A stretch of 64,000 nt of DNA from Acidimicrobiia bacterium (GTDB lineage Bacteria > Actinomycetota > Acidimicrobiia > Spongiisociales > UBA11373). The notes below the pieces were generated by a model. That model worked only from the letters and a program-made list of their open reading frames with translations. It was not told where the DNA came from and ran no database searches. Below are positions 62,926-64,000 of this stretch, piece after piece. A program made the translations under genes and the position numbers. The first letter of the stretch is position 1, and each line of letters opens with the position of its first letter. The stretch is taken from assembly GCA_040878325.1 (NCBI GenBank), contig JBBDMM010000007.1, positions 6,635 to 70,634 on the forward strand, given 5' to 3'.

Positions 62926-64000
62926 CGCTCGGTATCGTCCCCGGCCCGGAGCGGATCAGGCTGCTCGCCCATCAGATATTGAAGGATGCGGCGGGCCGCC
63001 GGCGCCGCCACCTGACCGCCGGATCCACCTTGTTCGATGACGACCGCGACGATGAACTGCGGATCGCTCAGAGGGGCACCGCCGACGAACCAGGCCGTGT
63101 CGACCGCGGTGACGCCGTCTTCGGTGGCCTGGACGATCTCGGCGGTACCGGTCTTGCCCCCGACCTCTCGAAGGGGAGCGCACTCGCTGTCGGGAACATC
63201 GCCGCTACAGAAGCCCTCGAAGGCCCGGCGGGCGGTGCCGTTCTGGGCGGTGACCACTCCGTTGAGGTCCCGCTTGAGGGCGGCGACGGTGTCAGCGCCG
63301 ATCGTGATCTTGCGGGCAACGCTCGGGGGGTTGGTGAACAGCACTTCGTTGTCGGAGTCGACGACCGTCGAAACCACCCGCGGCTCCCAGACCGTGCCGC
63401 CGTTGAGCAGCGCCGCATAGGCGACCGCCATCTGCAGGGGCGTGACCACCAGGGCCCCTTGGCCGGTGGCGATGTTCATCAGGTCGCCGCCCGACCATCC
63501 ACCTTCTGACCGAACCAACTCGGAACCTGCCGCCTGGAGGTCCTGAAACCACTCACGATCAGGCACCCGGCCCGTGCCTTCGAACGGAAGGTCGATCTCG
63601 GTCCGCGCACCGAAGCCGAGATCCCGGGCCCAGTCCTGCAACAGGTTCTCGGACCACGCGATATCTCGCCCCTGCCAGATGGCGAGGGCGATGGACCAGT
63701 AGTAGGTGTTCACTGATTCGATCAGCGATGAAGACAACCCCACGAAACCGTGACCGCCGTCCTTCCAGTCGTTCAGAGGAGGCGTGTTGGTGAAGAGCAG
63801 CTCACCGTCGCTGAAGAAGGCGAAGGGGTCTTCGGTCTGGTCGACGACGTCGCGGTACTCCTCCTCGACGATCGGCGAGATCAGCTTCTCCAGCGCCAGG
63901 GCATACACGATCGCCTTGAACGACGACCCCGGCGGGTAGTTGCCCTGCATCGCGTAGTTGTTGAAGACTTCTTCCTGCCGAAGGTCGAGCCACTCCGACT
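62922..64000 (-). CDS. mrdA: Penicillin-binding protein 2 transpeptidase (partial; N-terminus beyond window end)
   Basis: SSFK (SxxK), KTGTA motifs. The reading frame is open to the window edge. Confidence 0.8.
   Translation of the reverse strand, partial: SEWLDLRQEEVFNNYAMQGNYPPGSSFKAIVYALALEKLISPIVEEEYRDVVDQTEDPFAFFSDGELLFTNTPPLNDWKDGGHGFVGLSSSLIESVNTYYWSIALAIWQGRDIAWSENLLQDWARDLGFGARTEIDLPFEGTGRVPDREWFQDLQAAGSELVRSEGGWSGGDLMNIATGQGALVVTPLQMAVAYAALLNGGTVWEPRVVSTVVDSDNEVLFTNPPSVARKITIGADTVAALKRDLNGVVTAQNGTARRAFEGFCSGDVPDSECAPLREVGGKTGTAEIVQATEDGVTAVDTAWFVGGAPLSDPQFIVAVVIEQGGSGGQVAAPAARRILQYLMGEQPDPLRAGDDTER

Overview
High-GC (about 68-72%) actinobacterial-type chromosomal segment. Positions 1 to about 14.6 kb are an integrated mobile element with lower GC (about 60-63%), inserted next to a tRNA-Met(CAT) gene. 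It carries a complete type I restriction-modification operon on the minus strand (hsdM-hsdS-hsdR, hsdR cut by the window edge) and an uncharacterised 245-aa gene. Next comes a run of tiny, partly membrane-type ORFs that resemble plasmid spread (Spd) genes, which in Streptomyces plasmids mediate intramycelial spread. It then has a transmembrane-less TraD/TraG-like coupling ATPase, a replication-relaxation family protein, an ArdA antirestriction protein, an orphan SPPY-motif DNA methyltransferase and an XRE/ImmA regulatory pair. It ends with a large serine recombinase whose 3' end runs antisense into the tRNA gene. The rest (14.6-64 kb) is conserved housekeeping DNA. It contains a CPA2 antiporter, tRNA-Asn, ferredoxin, rpoD-dnaG, glyQS, uppS, recO, a VIT-vWA secreted protein, a cupredoxin, PhhB and a thioesterase. 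It also has phoH-7TM_HD-ybeY-corC-era, hemW-hrcA-dnaJ, lepA, rpsT, greA, holA-comEC-comEA, leuS, tRNA-Ala, rsfS-LCP-nadD and an M23 peptidase. The remaining genes are a response regulator, a vWA(CoxE)-MoxR pair, obg-rpmA-rplU, RNase E/G, tdk and rodA-mrdA. Unusual signals: a family of degenerate tandem heptanucleotide arrays at many intergenic sites, with near-identical copies at separate loci. Also an in-frame TAA inside a FecR-domain lipoprotein gene, a -1 frameshifted nitroreductase, a perfect 24-bp tandem duplication upstream of the antiporter, a decayed tRNA-like fragment, and ribosomal protein L21 with an AAKPA-repeat tail. No CRISPR arrays or rRNA genes were seen. All calls come from reading the sequence and the supplied ORF translations; no database search was possible.
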